Shown: positions 53,736-63,452, counted from the first letter of the stretch. The stretch: 64,000 nt of DNA from Deltaproteobacteria bacterium (GCA_032125195.1 JAQBCN010000064.1:13501-77500); one strand, 5' to 3'. The notes: generated by a model not told the origin, from the letters alone. A program made the numbers and translations.

Positions 53736-54454
53736 GCTACCCGGGGGCGCCTCCGGGCGAGGGTGCACCGCTCGGGGAACGCGCGGCGTGGGTGCGGGAA
53801 AGGATCGCCGATGCCGAGCGACGGTCGGGGAGGCCGGCCGGTTCCGTGAAGTTGATCGCGGTTTCGAAGACCCAGCCGCTCGCGCGGGTCCTCGAGGCGC
53901 ACGCGGCGGGGTTGTCGGTGTTCGGCGAGAATTACGTCCAGGAGGCGGAGGGGAAGATCCCGGCGCTCCCGGCCGCCGAATGGCACCTGATCGGGCGCCT
54001 GCAGGGGAACAAGGTCCGCAGGGCGGTCGCCCTTTTCTCCTGGGTCCAGACGGCGGATTCCGCCAGGCGGCTCCGTGAGATTTCGCGTTGCGCCGCCGAG
54101 TCCGGGAGGACGGCGCGGGTCCTGATCGAGGTCAATCTCGGCGGCGAGGGGAGCAAGGCGGGGGCCGCCCCCGGCGATCTGCGCGCGATACTCGAAGATT
54201 CCTTCGGGCTCCCCGGGGTGCGCGTGGAGGGGTTCATGGCGATCCCGCCGTTCTCGGCCGACCCCGAGGGGAGCCGGCCTCACTTCGCGCGGCTGCGGGA
54301 ATTGCGGGACGCGCTGGCGCGGGAACTCGACGGCGCGGCCCTCGGGGAGTTGTCGATGGGGATGTCCAACGATTTCGAACAGGCGATCGGGGAAGGGGCG
54401 ACGATGGTCCGCGTCGGGACCGCGATCTTCGGAAGCCGGCAGGGGAGGGGCTGA
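53732..54454 (+). CDS. yggS: PLP-binding YggS/PLPBP family protein
   Basis: AVSKTQP carries the PLP-binding lysine. ATGA overlap with the maf stop. Confidence 0.88.
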   Translation: MSYPGAPPGEGAPLGERAAWVRERIADAERRSGRPAGSVKLIAVSKTQPLARVLEAHAAGLSVFGENYVQEAEGKIPALPAAEWHLIGRLQGNKVRRAVALFSWVQTADSARRLREISRCAAESGRTARVLIEVNLGGEGSKAGAAPGDLRAILEDSFGLPGVRVEGFMAIPPFSADPEGSRPHFARLRELRDALARELDGAALGELSMGMSNDFEQAIGEGATMVRVGTAIFGSRQGRG

Positions 54455-54458
54455 TATC

Positions 54459-55262
54459 ATGGCGCTCGGATTTCTCGGTGCTGGAAATATGGGGGAGGCG
54501 ATGATTCGCGGTCTGCTCTCCGCGAAACTGCGCTCGCCGGAGCAGGTTGCGGTGTACGATGCGGCGCCGGGCCGGGGAGAGGAGCTGCGGCGCCGTTTCG
54601 GGGTCACCGTCGCCCGTTCCGTCGAGGACCTGCTGCGCTCCTGCGACACGGTGGTGGTCGCCGTGAAACCGCAGGTCCTGTCGTCCGTCCTGTCCGGGAT
54701 CTCCCGGGACGCGGCGCGGGGGAAGACGTTCGTCTCCATCGTGGCGGGCGCGAAAATCGCCCTCTTCGAAAAGGCGCTCGGGGAAGGCGCGAAGATCGTG
54801 CGGACGATGCCGAACACGCCGGCGATCGTCGGGATGGGGAGCACCGGGGTCTACTTCCCGTCCCTCGTCGACGCGGCGACCCGGCAGGAGGTCCTCGCCC
54901 TGTTCTCCTCTTTCGGGACGGTGGCCGAGATGCCCCGCGAGGAACTGCTCGACGCGGTGACCGCGCTCTCCGGTTCCGGTCCCGCCTACGCGTTCCTCTT
55001 CATTGAAGCGCTGGCGGACGGTGCGGTCCGGGCGGGGATGGGGCGGGCCGAGGCCTCGCTCCTCGCGGCCTCGACCCTCGAGGGAGCGGCGCGGATGGTC
55101 CGGGAGACGGGGAAGCACCCCGCCGAGCTCAAGGACATGGTGATGTCGCCCGGGGGGACGACGGCCGCCGGGGTGGCCGCGCTGGAGCGCGGGGCCTTCC
55201 GGGCGACGGTGATGGACGCGGTGCTGTCCGCGTGGCAGCGGTGCCGCGAGCTTTCGGGCTGA
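54459..55262 (+). CDS. proC: Pyrroline-5-carboxylate reductase
   Basis: MALGFLGAGNMGEAMIRGLL... and MPNTPA. Confidence 0.92.
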   Translation: MALGFLGAGNMGEAMIRGLLSAKLRSPEQVAVYDAAPGRGEELRRRFGVTVARSVEDLLRSCDTVVVAVKPQVLSSVLSGISRDAARGKTFVSIVAGAKIALFEKALGEGAKIVRTMPNTPAIVGMGSTGVYFPSLVDAATRQEVLALFSSFGTVAEMPREELLDAVTALSGSGPAYAFLFIEALADGAVRAGMGRAEASLLAASTLEGAARMVRETGKHPAELKDMVMSPGGTTAAGVAALERGAFRATVMDAVLSAWQRCRELSG

Positions 55263-55278
55263 AAGGGGGAGGAAAGGG

Positions 55279-55578
55279 ATGTTCGTGGCGAGGAACCTGC
55301 TCCAAGCGCTGGCGACGATCATTGATTATGTTCTGTGGGCCTACATGTGGGCGTTCATCCTTCGGGCCGTGCTGTCGTGGGTCAGCCCCGATCCGTACAA
55401 CCCGATCGTCCGCGGCCTCTACGCGGTGACCGAACCGGTCCTCTCCCGCCTGCGCCGGAGACTCCCGCTGTTCGCCGGCTCGATCGACTTCGCGCCGATG
55501 GTCGCGGTCCTCGTCATCATCTTCCTGCAGCGGTTCATCGTGCGGACGCTGGTCGACCTCGCCCTCCGTATGCCGTGA
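55279..55578 (+). CDS. yggT: YggT-family membrane protein
   Basis: 99 aa with two TM helices, in the conserved position after proC. Confidence 0.8.
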   Translation: MFVARNLLQALATIIDYVLWAYMWAFILRAVLSWVSPDPYNPIVRGLYAVTEPVLSRLRRRLPLFAGSIDFAPMVAVLVIIFLQRFIVRTLVDLALRMP

Positions 55579-55856
55579 GCCCAGCCGACGGCCCCTCCGC
55601 CACCGTGTCGGTCCGCGTACTCCCCCGCTCCTCCAAGGAGGGGGTGGCCGGGTTCGAGGGAGGCGTCGTGCGGATCCGCCTCAACGCCCCCCCCGTCGAG
55701 GGGAAGGCCAACGACGCCCTCGTCCGCTTCCTCGCGAAGGCCGTGGGTGTTCCAAGGAGCCGCATCACGCTGGTCACGGGGGAAAGGGGTCGGAGCAAGA
55801 TCGTCCGCGTCGCCGGCGTCACCCGCGAGGCCTTGATGGCCGCCCTCGGCTTATAG
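55575..55856 (+). CDS. yggU: DUF167 (YggU) protein
   Basis: 93 aa with a GTG start, ...LNAPPVEGKANDALVRFLAK... Overlaps the yggT stop. Confidence 0.75.
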   Translation: MSPADGPSATVSVRVLPRSSKEGVAGFEGGVVRIRLNAPPVEGKANDALVRFLAKAVGVPRSRITLVTGERGRSKIVRVAGVTREALMAALGL

Positions 55857-55864
55857 ATCCCGTT

Positions 55865-56938
55865 TCACTCCACCCGGTGGATCCAGCGGTGTCGGTCCTC
55901 GATCTCTCCATACTGGATCCCGGTGATCTCCCGGAAGAGGCGGACCGCGAGTTTCCCCGCCTTCCCCCCGTTCACCGCGACCTCCCGCCCGCGGCAGCAG
56001 AAGGAACCGACCGGGGAGATGACCGCTGCCGTCCCGGATCCGAACGCCTCCGAGAGCGTTCCGTCCGCGGCTCCCTTCAGGACCTCGTCGATCTCCACGG
56101 GGCGCTCCGCCACCGGGATCTTCCACTCCCGCGCGAGCGTGAGGACGGTGTCCCGCGTCACCCCGGGCAGGATCGAACCGGAGAGCGGGGGGGTGACCAG
56201 TTCGCCGCCGAGCAGGAAGAAGATGTTCATCGTCCCCACCTCTTCCACGAAACTCCGCTGCCCGGCGTCGAGCCAGAGGACCTGGTCGAAACCCAGAGCC
56301 TTCGCGTTCTTCGCAGCGAGGAGACTCGCCGCGTAGTTTCCGCCCGTCTTCGCCTCTCCCACACCCCCTTTGGAGGCGCGCACGTATTGCTCCTCGACGA
56401 GGATGCGTACGGGGTCGAACCCCCGCGGGTAATACGCTCCCACCGGTCCGGTGATGATGAAGTAGAGAACCTCCGCCGACGGACGAACGCCGAGCCCCGC
56501 CTCGGTTGCGATCATCGTCGGACGGATGTACAGGGAGGCCCCCTCGTCCCTCGGGATCCACTCCCGGTCGAGCCGCACCAGGCCCCGGATGGCGGCCAAC
56601 TGGTCTTCGACCGGGATCTCCGGCAGACACATCCGCGCCGCCGAGCGGTTCATACGCTCCGCGTTCCGGTCAGGACGGAAGAGGCAGACGGCGCCGTCCC
56701 GCGCGTAGTACGCTTTCATCCCTTCGAAGATCTCCTGCCCGTAGTGCAGGACCATCGCGGAAGGGTCGAGCGAGATCGGCCCGTACGGGACGATGCGGGC
56801 GTTTTCCCATCCCTTTCCCGAGGTGTAGTCCATCAGGAACATGTGGTCCGAGAAAAGGTTCCCGAAACCGAGCTTCTCGCCGCTTTTCGGCCTCTGCCTC
56901 CTGCGGTTTTCCGGCGCCTGCGTCACCGTGATCTGCAT
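55865..56938 (-). CDS. ilvE: Branched-chain amino acid aminotransferase
   Basis: 357 aa, fold-type IV PLP enzyme: EIFEGMKAYY, VGTMNIFF, LPGVTRD. Confidence 0.92.
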   Translation of the reverse strand: MQITVTQAPENRRRQRPKSGEKLGFGNLFSDHMFLMDYTSGKGWENARIVPYGPISLDPSAMVLHYGQEIFEGMKAYYARDGAVCLFRPDRNAERMNRSAARMCLPEIPVEDQLAAIRGLVRLDREWIPRDEGASLYIRPTMIATEAGLGVRPSAEVLYFIITGPVGAYYPRGFDPVRILVEEQYVRASKGGVGEAKTGGNYAASLLAAKNAKALGFDQVLWLDAGQRSFVEEVGTMNIFFLLGGELVTPPLSGSILPGVTRDTVLTLAREWKIPVAERPVEIDEVLKGAADGTLSEAFGSGTAAVISPVGSFCCRGREVAVNGGKAGKLAVRLFREITGIQYGEIEDRHRWIHRVE

Positions 56939-57152
56939 CCCGTCTCCCTTCCCGCTCTCTCCCGGGCAGCGTTCCCTTCGGCGCGCGGGGAAAGATCCGC
57001 CCGCGGAAATCAGTTATACCGCAAAGATGCCGATCCGGAAAGACGCTCCGGTACACCGGTACAAGGGAATCCGCCTTCGGTTCGGCGAGGCGACGTATAC
57101 TATTACAGCACTGTGCGACAGATCCGGTTTCCGACGGGAAGGAGCGGGAAGG

Positions 57153-57845
57153 ATGAAGAGACGACTTGCGGTGGCGTTGTGCGCCACGATTGCGTTTTCG
57201 GGGGCGTCGTTCGCGGCGGAGGACCCGGAACTGAAAAACGACAAGGAGAAGATCAGCTACAGCATCGGTATGGACATCGGGGGGAACCTGAAGCGGGGAG
57301 CCATCGAAGTGGACCCGGACATGCTGGCAAAAGGATTGAAGGACAGCTACAGCGGCGAAAAAACCCTCCTCACCGAGGATCAGGCGCGCCAGGCGATCGA
57401 GGACTTCCAGAAGACGCTGAAGGCGAAGAAGGCGGAGACGATGCGAATACTCTCGGAGAAGAACAAGGCCGACGGGGCGAAGTTCCTCGCGGAGAACGCG
57501 AAAAATGCGGAGGTGAAGTCCCTGCCGAGCGGACTCCAGTACAGGGAGATCACACCCGGCAAGGGGAAAAGCCCGAAGGCTGCCGACACCGTGACGGTCC
57601 ATTACAAGGGGACGCTGATCGACGGGACGGAGTTCGACAGCTCCTACAAGCGCGGCGAGCCGGCGACGTTCCCGGTCTCGGGGGTGATCTCCGGCTGGAC
57701 CGAGGCGCTCCAGCTGATGAAGGAAGGGGCGAAGTGGCAGCTCTTCATCCCTCCGAATCTCGCGTACGGCGAAAGGGGAGCGGGCCGCGACATCGGCCCG
57801 AACGCCACGCTGATCTTCGAGGTGGAACTGATCTCGGTCAAGTGA
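57153..57845 (+). CDS. fkpA: FKBP-type peptidyl-prolyl isomerase with signal peptide (FkpA-like)
   Basis: MKRRLAVALCATIAFSGASFA signal peptide, a helical dimerisation domain, and an FKBP domain (GTEFDSS, LIFEVEL). Confidence 0.88.
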   Translation: MKRRLAVALCATIAFSGASFAAEDPELKNDKEKISYSIGMDIGGNLKRGAIEVDPDMLAKGLKDSYSGEKTLLTEDQARQAIEDFQKTLKAKKAETMRILSEKNKADGAKFLAENAKNAEVKSLPSGLQYREITPGKGKSPKAADTVTVHYKGTLIDGTEFDSSYKRGEPATFPVSGVISGWTEALQLMKEGAKWQLFIPPNLAYGERGAGRDIGPNATLIFEVELISVK

Positions 57846-57873
57846 CCCATCTCTACCGCGGGAGGGGGGCGGT

Positions 57874-60033
57874 GTGAACCGCTGGTTTCGCGTCGCCGGC
57901 GGCGTGAGCCTGAACCTTTGCCTCGGCGCCGCGTACGTCTACAGCGTGTTTCTCGCCCCCCTCCAGCTCGAATTCGGCTGGACGCGCTCGGAGCTCTCCG
58001 CAGCGTTCACACTCTCGATTGCCTTCATCGCTGTCGGTGTGCTGGTCGGGGGGAGGTGGCAGGACCGCCGGGGTCCCGCGGCCGTCTCCCTCTCCGGCGC
58101 GCTTCTCTTCTCCGCGGGGATCTTCCTCTGTCGCTACACGGATTCGCTGGCATGGTTGTACGTCTGTTACGGCGTCGTCGTGGGGCTGGGAAGCGGCATC
58201 GGCTACACGTGCCCCCTCTCCGTCGGGATGAAGTGGTTCCCCGAACGGCGGGGGCTGGTCACGGGAATGATGGTGATGGGATACGGCGCGGGTGGCGCGG
58301 TGATCGCCCCGCTGGCGGGGTACATGATCGAGCGCTTCGGGTGGCGCGACACCTTCGGCATTCTCGGTGCGGGGTTCCTCGTGGTGACGGTGGCCGGTTC
58401 GATGTTCCTGAGGAACCCGCCGGAAGGGTGGCGCCCTGCGGGATGGAGTCCTCCGGCGGCCGGGGAGGGTGCGGCGCGGGGCGGCCGCGATTTCCTCCCG
58501 CGGGAAATGGTGGGCACCGGAGCCTTCCGCCGGATGTGGATCGCGTACGCCTTCGGCACCGCGGCGGGACTGATGGTGATCGGGCATCTCGCCGCCTTTG
58601 CGCTCGGGGCGGGGTTCTCCGCCCGCGATTCCGCCCTCTCCGTGGGGATGCTTTCGGTGGGGAACGGGTGCGGGCGGATCGCCTCCGGGTGGATGTCGGA
58701 TCACATCGGACGCGTCCGAACGCTCACCCTGGTGATGGGTGCGACGGCCCTGCTCCTCCTCCTCGCACCCGGGGTTTCCACCGTGCCGTTCCTCTTCGCC
58801 ACCGTCTTCCTCATCGGATACTGCTACGGCTCGCAGCTCGCCGTCTTCCCGTCGACGACCGCCGACTATTTCGGGATGCGAAACCTTGGAAACAACTACG
58901 GTCTCCTGCTGACGGCATGGGGCGTCGCCGGGATCATCGGACCGATGGCGGGGGGATGGATCTTCGACGCCACCCACGGCTACGCTACGGCGTTCCGGAT
59001 CGCGGCCTTCCTCGCGGTTGCCGCCGCCGTGGTGGTCGCGACGGTCAAGGCGCCCCCTCCCGGAGATCCCTTGCCTCCCAAGGTTCGCAGGGTCGCCGCC
59101 GCCGTCCTGTTGCTTTTATGCGCTCCCGCGCTCTCCGCCACGGGCGAAACGTACCCTGTTCCGATTCCGGCAGACTCCCCGGCATCCATCGACTCTCCCG
59201 GCGCACCCCCCACCGTGGCGTTGACCTTTTCCGACAACGCAGGCGTCGTGGCCCCGATCGATCGGAACCTGCGGTGGAAGAACGCCGCCGTCATCGGCGG
59301 GGTCGCCCTCGCCGTCGGGGCGTATGGGGCGAAGCATTGGTGGGATGTGCCCTCTTCCTTCTGGACCAAGCAGGAAGGGTGGTTCGGAGAGGATACCTAC
59401 GCCGGCGGCGCGGACAAACTGGCTCACGTGTTCGCCACATACGCCGGGACCCGGGCGTTGGCACGGGTGTTCGAAGGCCTCGGGAACCCTCCGGGAAAGT
59501 CCCTGCGCCTCGCGGGCTGGACCTCCCTGGGCGTATTCACGGGAGTCGAGGTGCTGGACGGCTTCTCTTCAAGGTGGGGTTTCAGTTGGGAGGACATGGT
59601 GTGCAATTTCGCCGGCGTGGGAATCGCCATCCTGATGGAGAGTTACCCGTCGGTCGACGCCGTTCTGGACTTCCGGCTTCTTTACGAGCGATCCGATGAT
59701 GATCGCCTCCGCGGGCAGACTTCCCCCGCGGGGGATTACTCGGGGCAGACCTACCTGCTGGCGTTCAAGGTGGACGGCGTTCCCCGGCTCCGGAACGTTC
59801 CCCTGGTGCGGTATCTGGAATTCCTGGTCGGTTACGGCGCACGCGGGTACGAAATCCAGAGGGATCCGCACCGGCAGGTCTATTACGGGGTGGGGATCAA
59901 CCTGTCGCGGCTCCTGGGAGACACCCTGTTCCGGGGCGACCTGAAGGGCGGGAAGATCCAGGGTGCGACGGACACCCTCCTGGAACTGTTCGAGGTCCCC
60001 GGTACCGCCGCCTTGAACGACCACCGCCTCTGA
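57874..60033 (+). CDS. MFS transporter (OFA/oxalate-formate-antiporter-like), fused in frame to a ~300-aa C-terminal domain of unknown function that has its own signal-peptide-like segment
   Basis: GTG start after a GGAGGGGGG Shine-Dalgarno. Residues 1-395 form a 12-TM MFS domain. At residue 400 there is an in-frame TTG (59071) preceded by GGAGA, followed by KVRRVAAAVLLLLCAPALSA and then about 300 aa with 3-4 further hydrophobic segments. No stop codon separates the two parts. Confidence 0.7.
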   Translation: MNRWFRVAGGVSLNLCLGAAYVYSVFLAPLQLEFGWTRSELSAAFTLSIAFIAVGVLVGGRWQDRRGPAAVSLSGALLFSAGIFLCRYTDSLAWLYVCYGVVVGLGSGIGYTCPLSVGMKWFPERRGLVTGMMVMGYGAGGAVIAPLAGYMIERFGWRDTFGILGAGFLVVTVAGSMFLRNPPEGWRPAGWSPPAAGEGAARGGRDFLPREMVGTGAFRRMWIAYAFGTAAGLMVIGHLAAFALGAGFSARDSALSVGMLSVGNGCGRIASGWMSDHIGRVRTLTLVMGATALLLLLAPGVSTVPFLFATVFLIGYCYGSQLAVFPSTTADYFGMRNLGNNYGLLLTAWGVAGIIGPMAGGWIFDATHGYATAFRIAAFLAVAAAVVVATVKAPPPGDPLPPKVRRVAAAVLLLLCAPALSATGETYPVPIPADSPASIDSPGAPPTVALTFSDNAGVVAPIDRNLRWKNAAVIGGVALAVGAYGAKHWWDVPSSFWTKQEGWFGEDTYAGGADKLAHVFATYAGTRALARVFEGLGNPPGKSLRLAGWTSLGVFTGVEVLDGFSSRWGFSWEDMVCNFAGVGIAILMESYPSVDAVLDFRLLYERSDDDRLRGQTSPAGDYSGQTYLLAFKVDGVPRLRNVPLVRYLEFLVGYGARGYEIQRDPHRQVYYGVGINLSRLLGDTLFRGDLKGGKIQGATDTLLELFEVPGTAALNDHRL

Positions 60034-60222
60034 TTCACGGACGAAGTCCCACGACAACGAATCCTCCCGGCATCCCTGAGGGGTTCGTCCGTTTCGGGGG
60101 CTGCTCCCCAGCGATACGGTTTCGGTATTGACAGGCGGCGGGCCTCGTGTTCGAATTAAGACCGGTCGGTATCCTTTGGGGCGGCCGATGCGGCCGAACC
60201 CACGGGATACCCAGGAGGAACC

Positions 60223-60741
60223 ATGATACCCCTTGTCCGGTTGGTCTTTCCGGTGCTCGAGACGACGCCGCAACGTTGGGTCCAGTTGGCGGAAAAGCTG
60301 ACGCCCGATCTGTTTCAAAGGAAACCGGCGCCGACGGAGTGGTCGGCATACGACTGTTTACGGCATATCGTGGACACCGAGAGATCGGTATTCCCGGCGC
60401 GGATCGGTTATCTGCTGCGCGGAGAGGATTTCCCGGCGTATCACCCCGGCAAGGAGGGGGAGGGCCCTGCGGCAACTCCGACCCCGGTCGAGTTGGCCGG
60501 CGAATTTGTCCGACTGCGGGCGGAGAGTCTGGCGTTGTTGTCGAAGGTCGGGGAGGACGATCTGAATCGCACTGCGCGGCACCAGGAACTGGGAATGGTG
60601 ACGCTCGGGGAGCTGATCCACGAGTGGGCAGGGCATGACCTGATGCACACGGTCCAGGGCGAGCGGGCGATCCTGCAGCCGTTCATCGACGGTTGCGGCC
60701 CCTGGAAACGGTATTTTTCGGACCATACCATCACGCCTTAA
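60223..60741 (+). CDS. DinB/YfiT-family (DinB_2) metal-dependent protein
   Basis: 172 aa with an N-terminal His and C-terminal HEWAGHDLMH metal-binding helices. Confidence 0.7.
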   Translation: MIPLVRLVFPVLETTPQRWVQLAEKLTPDLFQRKPAPTEWSAYDCLRHIVDTERSVFPARIGYLLRGEDFPAYHPGKEGEGPAATPTPVELAGEFVRLRAESLALLSKVGEDDLNRTARHQELGMVTLGELIHEWAGHDLMHTVQGERAILQPFIDGCGPWKRYFSDHTITP

Positions 60742-60772
60742 CCGTGCAAGGGATCCCAGGGGAAATCATCTG

Positions 60773-61369
60773 ATGCGGAAAGACGGCAGGGAGACGCGCC
60801 AGAACGTCATCGAGGAGTCGCTGCAGATCTTCTCGGTGAAGGGGTACTACAACGCCTCCATCAGCGACATCATGGCCGCGACGGGGCTGACGAAGGGAGG
60901 CCTCTACTCCCACTTCGACAGCAAGGAGGCGCTCTGGAACGCCGCGTACGAGCGGGCGGTCGAGATCTGGAGAGGGATCGTCTTCAAGGGCGTTCGGAAA
61001 GTCTCCGACCCGCTCGACAGGATTGCAAAGACAATCGAGAACGACCTGCGCGACTACTGTTGCGGGGAGGTGTTTGAGGGAGGCTGTTTCTTCTTCAACA
61101 GCCTCGTGGAGCTCTCGGGCCAGTCCCCCGCGATGAGCGGCCGGATCGTCGAGGGGTTCATGCAGTTCTCTGCCCTTCTGGCCTCCTGGCTCGAAGAGGC
61201 AAGGTCCGCGGGGATGCTCAAGCCCGGCGTGAGAATCAAGGAGGTCGCCGACTTCATCGTCATTTCCATCAACGGTGCGGCCGCCCTGTACGTCGCGACC
61301 CGGGACAGCCGGTTCACGCGGGCGAGCGAGCGTCAACTCAACTCCTACATACAGATGCTTCGGGCTTAA
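60773..61369 (+). CDS. TetR-family transcriptional regulator
   Basis: An N-terminal HTH (ASISDIMAATGLTKGGLYSHF) and a C-terminal ligand-binding domain. Confidence 0.88.
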   Translation: MRKDGRETRQNVIEESLQIFSVKGYYNASISDIMAATGLTKGGLYSHFDSKEALWNAAYERAVEIWRGIVFKGVRKVSDPLDRIAKTIENDLRDYCCGEVFEGGCFFFNSLVELSGQSPAMSGRIVEGFMQFSALLASWLEEARSAGMLKPGVRIKEVADFIVISINGAAALYVATRDSRFTRASERQLNSYIQMLRA

Positions 61370-61391
61370 AGGAAGGAGAAACGCGGGGTAC

Positions 61392-61403
61392 CGCGCATGC
61401 GCG
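61392..61403 (+). promoter_or_regulatory. 12-bp perfect palindrome CGCGCATGCGCG between tetR and the downstream crotonase gene. Candidate TetR operator or stem-loop
   Basis: A perfect palindrome about 22 nt after the tetR stop and about 90 nt before the crotonase start, embedded in GGGGTACCGCGCATGCGCGTGGGCCCCC. Confidence 0.35.
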
Positions 61404-61496
61404 TGGGCCCCCGGGAAGATACCGACCGGTCGTAATTATTGGACGAGGGCATTTCCCGGTGGGGAGTGAAGCGACCGCGTGAGGGGGGAGGAAGCG

Positions 61497-62267
61497 ATGG
61501 CCAATGTCGTCTACGAAAAGCGCGACCGGATCGGGTACGTCACGCTGAACAGGCCGGAGGCGATGAACGCCCTGGACGATGGATTGAACGATGCGCTGTG
61601 GCACGTCTGGGCCGATTTCAACGCGGACGATTCGGTCGATGTAGCCATCGTGACGGGGGCCGGGAAGGCGTTCTGTTCGGGGGCCGACCTGAAGACGTTC
61701 ATCCCGAAGTGGGAGCACGCCACCATGCTCGACGCGCGGAAAAACGCCGCGAGAGGGATCGGGGGCGGCATCACCCGGGGGCAGCACCGGATCATGAAAC
61801 CGGTCATCGCGGCCGTCAACGGCTTCGCGATCGGGGGCGGTTTCGAGCTGGCCCTCGCGTGCGACATCCGTATCGCCTCGGAGAAGGCCAGGTTCGGGGT
61901 TTTCGAGGTGAGGCAGGGGTTGCACCAGGGCGACGGGGGGATCGTCCGGCTCGTCGCCATCGCGGGGGTCGGAACCGCTCTCGATCTGACCCTGACGGGG
62001 CGGGATGTGTCCGCGGAGGAGGCATACCGGCTGGGGCTGGTGAACAAGGTCGTTCCGCACGAGGAACTGTTGCCGGAGGCGGAACTCTGGGCGCGGAGGA
62101 TCCTCGCAAACGGCCAGCAGGCGATCCGGTCCGCAAAAGAGACGATCCTCGAGGTCATCGGGCGCCCGCTGGACGACGCGCTGAGGCTGGAAACCGTCAA
62201 CGGATATTCGAGTGTCGGGGATTTTCGCGAGGTTGCGGATAGGCTGCAGAGGTTCCTCGGGAAATAA
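61497..62267 (+). CDS. Enoyl-CoA hydratase/isomerase (crotonase) family protein
   Basis: GAGKAFCSGADL oxyanion-hole motif and AAVNGFAIGGGFELAL. The ATG follows a GGGAGGAAG Shine-Dalgarno. Confidence 0.88.
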   Translation: MANVVYEKRDRIGYVTLNRPEAMNALDDGLNDALWHVWADFNADDSVDVAIVTGAGKAFCSGADLKTFIPKWEHATMLDARKNAARGIGGGITRGQHRIMKPVIAAVNGFAIGGGFELALACDIRIASEKARFGVFEVRQGLHQGDGGIVRLVAIAGVGTALDLTLTGRDVSAEEAYRLGLVNKVVPHEELLPEAELWARRILANGQQAIRSAKETILEVIGRPLDDALRLETVNGYSSVGDFREVADRLQRFLGK

Positions 62268-62286
62268 TACTCATGGAGGTGCTGGA

Positions 62287-62718
62287 ATGCCAGATCTTCC
62301 GATCACGTATCGCGGCGTCGTCTACCCCTGGCAGTGCGACCACGTGGGTCATATGAACGTCATGTGGTACGTGGGGAAATTCGACGAGGCGACGTGGCAG
62401 CTCTTCGCGATGTCCGGCCTGACGCCGTCCTTCCTGCAGGAACAGGGTCGCGGGATGGCCGCCGTCCAGCAGAACATCACGTACAAGCGCGAGCTTCGTC
62501 CAGGAGATGTCGTATCGATACGATCCGGGGTCCTTGAGATCCGGGAGAAGGTGATCCGCTTCCTCCACGAGATGTACAACGACGAGACGGGGGAGACCGC
62601 GGCGACCGCTGAGATGACCGCGGTGCACCTGGATACCGTGCTGAGGAAGTCGTGCCCGTTTCCCGGACTGGTGTTCGAGCGTGCCCGCGCGTTGATCGTC
62701 CCGGGAAAGGGAGTCTGA
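62287..62718 (+). CDS. 4HBT/YbgC-type hotdog acyl-CoA thioesterase
   Basis: MPDLPITYRGVVYPWQCDHVGHMNVMWYV... GGAGGTG Shine-Dalgarno. Confidence 0.8.
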   Translation: MPDLPITYRGVVYPWQCDHVGHMNVMWYVGKFDEATWQLFAMSGLTPSFLQEQGRGMAAVQQNITYKRELRPGDVVSIRSGVLEIREKVIRFLHEMYNDETGETAATAEMTAVHLDTVLRKSCPFPGLVFERARALIVPGKGV

Positions 62719-62837
62719 AATCAGGATGCCTGAATCCGGGGACGCCGATCGTTCCATCGCGGACATCTTCCAGGACGCGATGCGACTTCTGCCTTTCCTG
62801 ATCCGGGTATATTCTTAGGGAAAGGGGGAAGTAGCGC

Positions 62838-63413
62838 GTGGGACGTCGGCAGTATGTGCGCTTGTCCCGGTTGGTACCGGACACTCCTGTCCACGAGGCT
62901 CGCCATAACATGCATGCCGTCGCCGCCGCGTACTGGATCGACCGCCTCCACCTGAACCGCCATCCGGAAGGGGGGTGGTTCCGAGAAACCTACCGGGCCG
63001 CGGAAACCATCCCCGCGGACTCCCTGCCAGCCCGGTTCGAACGTCCGCGTTCCTTCTCTACGGCGATCCACTATCTTCTGGAACAGGGCGACTTCTCTGC
63101 CCTGCACCGTTTGAAGGCGGACGAGATCTGGCACTTCTATTATGGCGACCCGTTGACCGTGCATGTCATCACCCCGGAAGGGGAGCGTTACGAGATCCTC
63201 CTCGGGCCGGATGCGGAACAAGGGGGGCGTTTCCAGGCCGTGGTTCCGGCAGGTTGCTGGTTCGGTGCGGAAACCTCCGCCGGGTATTCCCTGGTCGGCT
63301 GCACCTTGGCTCCAGGGTTTGATTTCGGGGACTTCGAAATGGGGGATCGGGACGGATTGACGATCCTCTTTCCGAAACATGCGACACTGATCGCTCGCAT
63401 GACAAGGGGCTGA
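62838..63413 (+). CDS. Cupin-domain (DUF985-like) protein
   Basis: 191 aa from a GTG start, or 167 aa from ATG 62910. A beta-barrel with HFYYGDP...GERYEIL...GC. Confidence 0.65.
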   Translation: MGRRQYVRLSRLVPDTPVHEARHNMHAVAAAYWIDRLHLNRHPEGGWFRETYRAAETIPADSLPARFERPRSFSTAIHYLLEQGDFSALHRLKADEIWHFYYGDPLTVHVITPEGERYEILLGPDAEQGGRFQAVVPAGCWFGAETSAGYSLVGCTLAPGFDFGDFEMGDRDGLTILFPKHATLIARMTRG

Positions 63414-63452
63414 ATCGATGGGATCATCGGGAATCGGATATCATTGAAAGCG

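Noticed and set aside
59455-59472. Sigma-54-like TGGCAC-N5-TTCG motif
   Set aside because: It lies inside coding sequence (the C-terminal domain of the MFS fusion). The -12 element is TTCG rather than TTGC. It is probably a chance match.
60037-60092. Inverted repeat ACGGACGAA…TTCGTCCGT after the MFS-fusion gene, as a terminator
   Set aside because: The 9-bp arms are separated by a 38-nt loop and are not followed by a U-tract. It is not a convincing intrinsic terminator.
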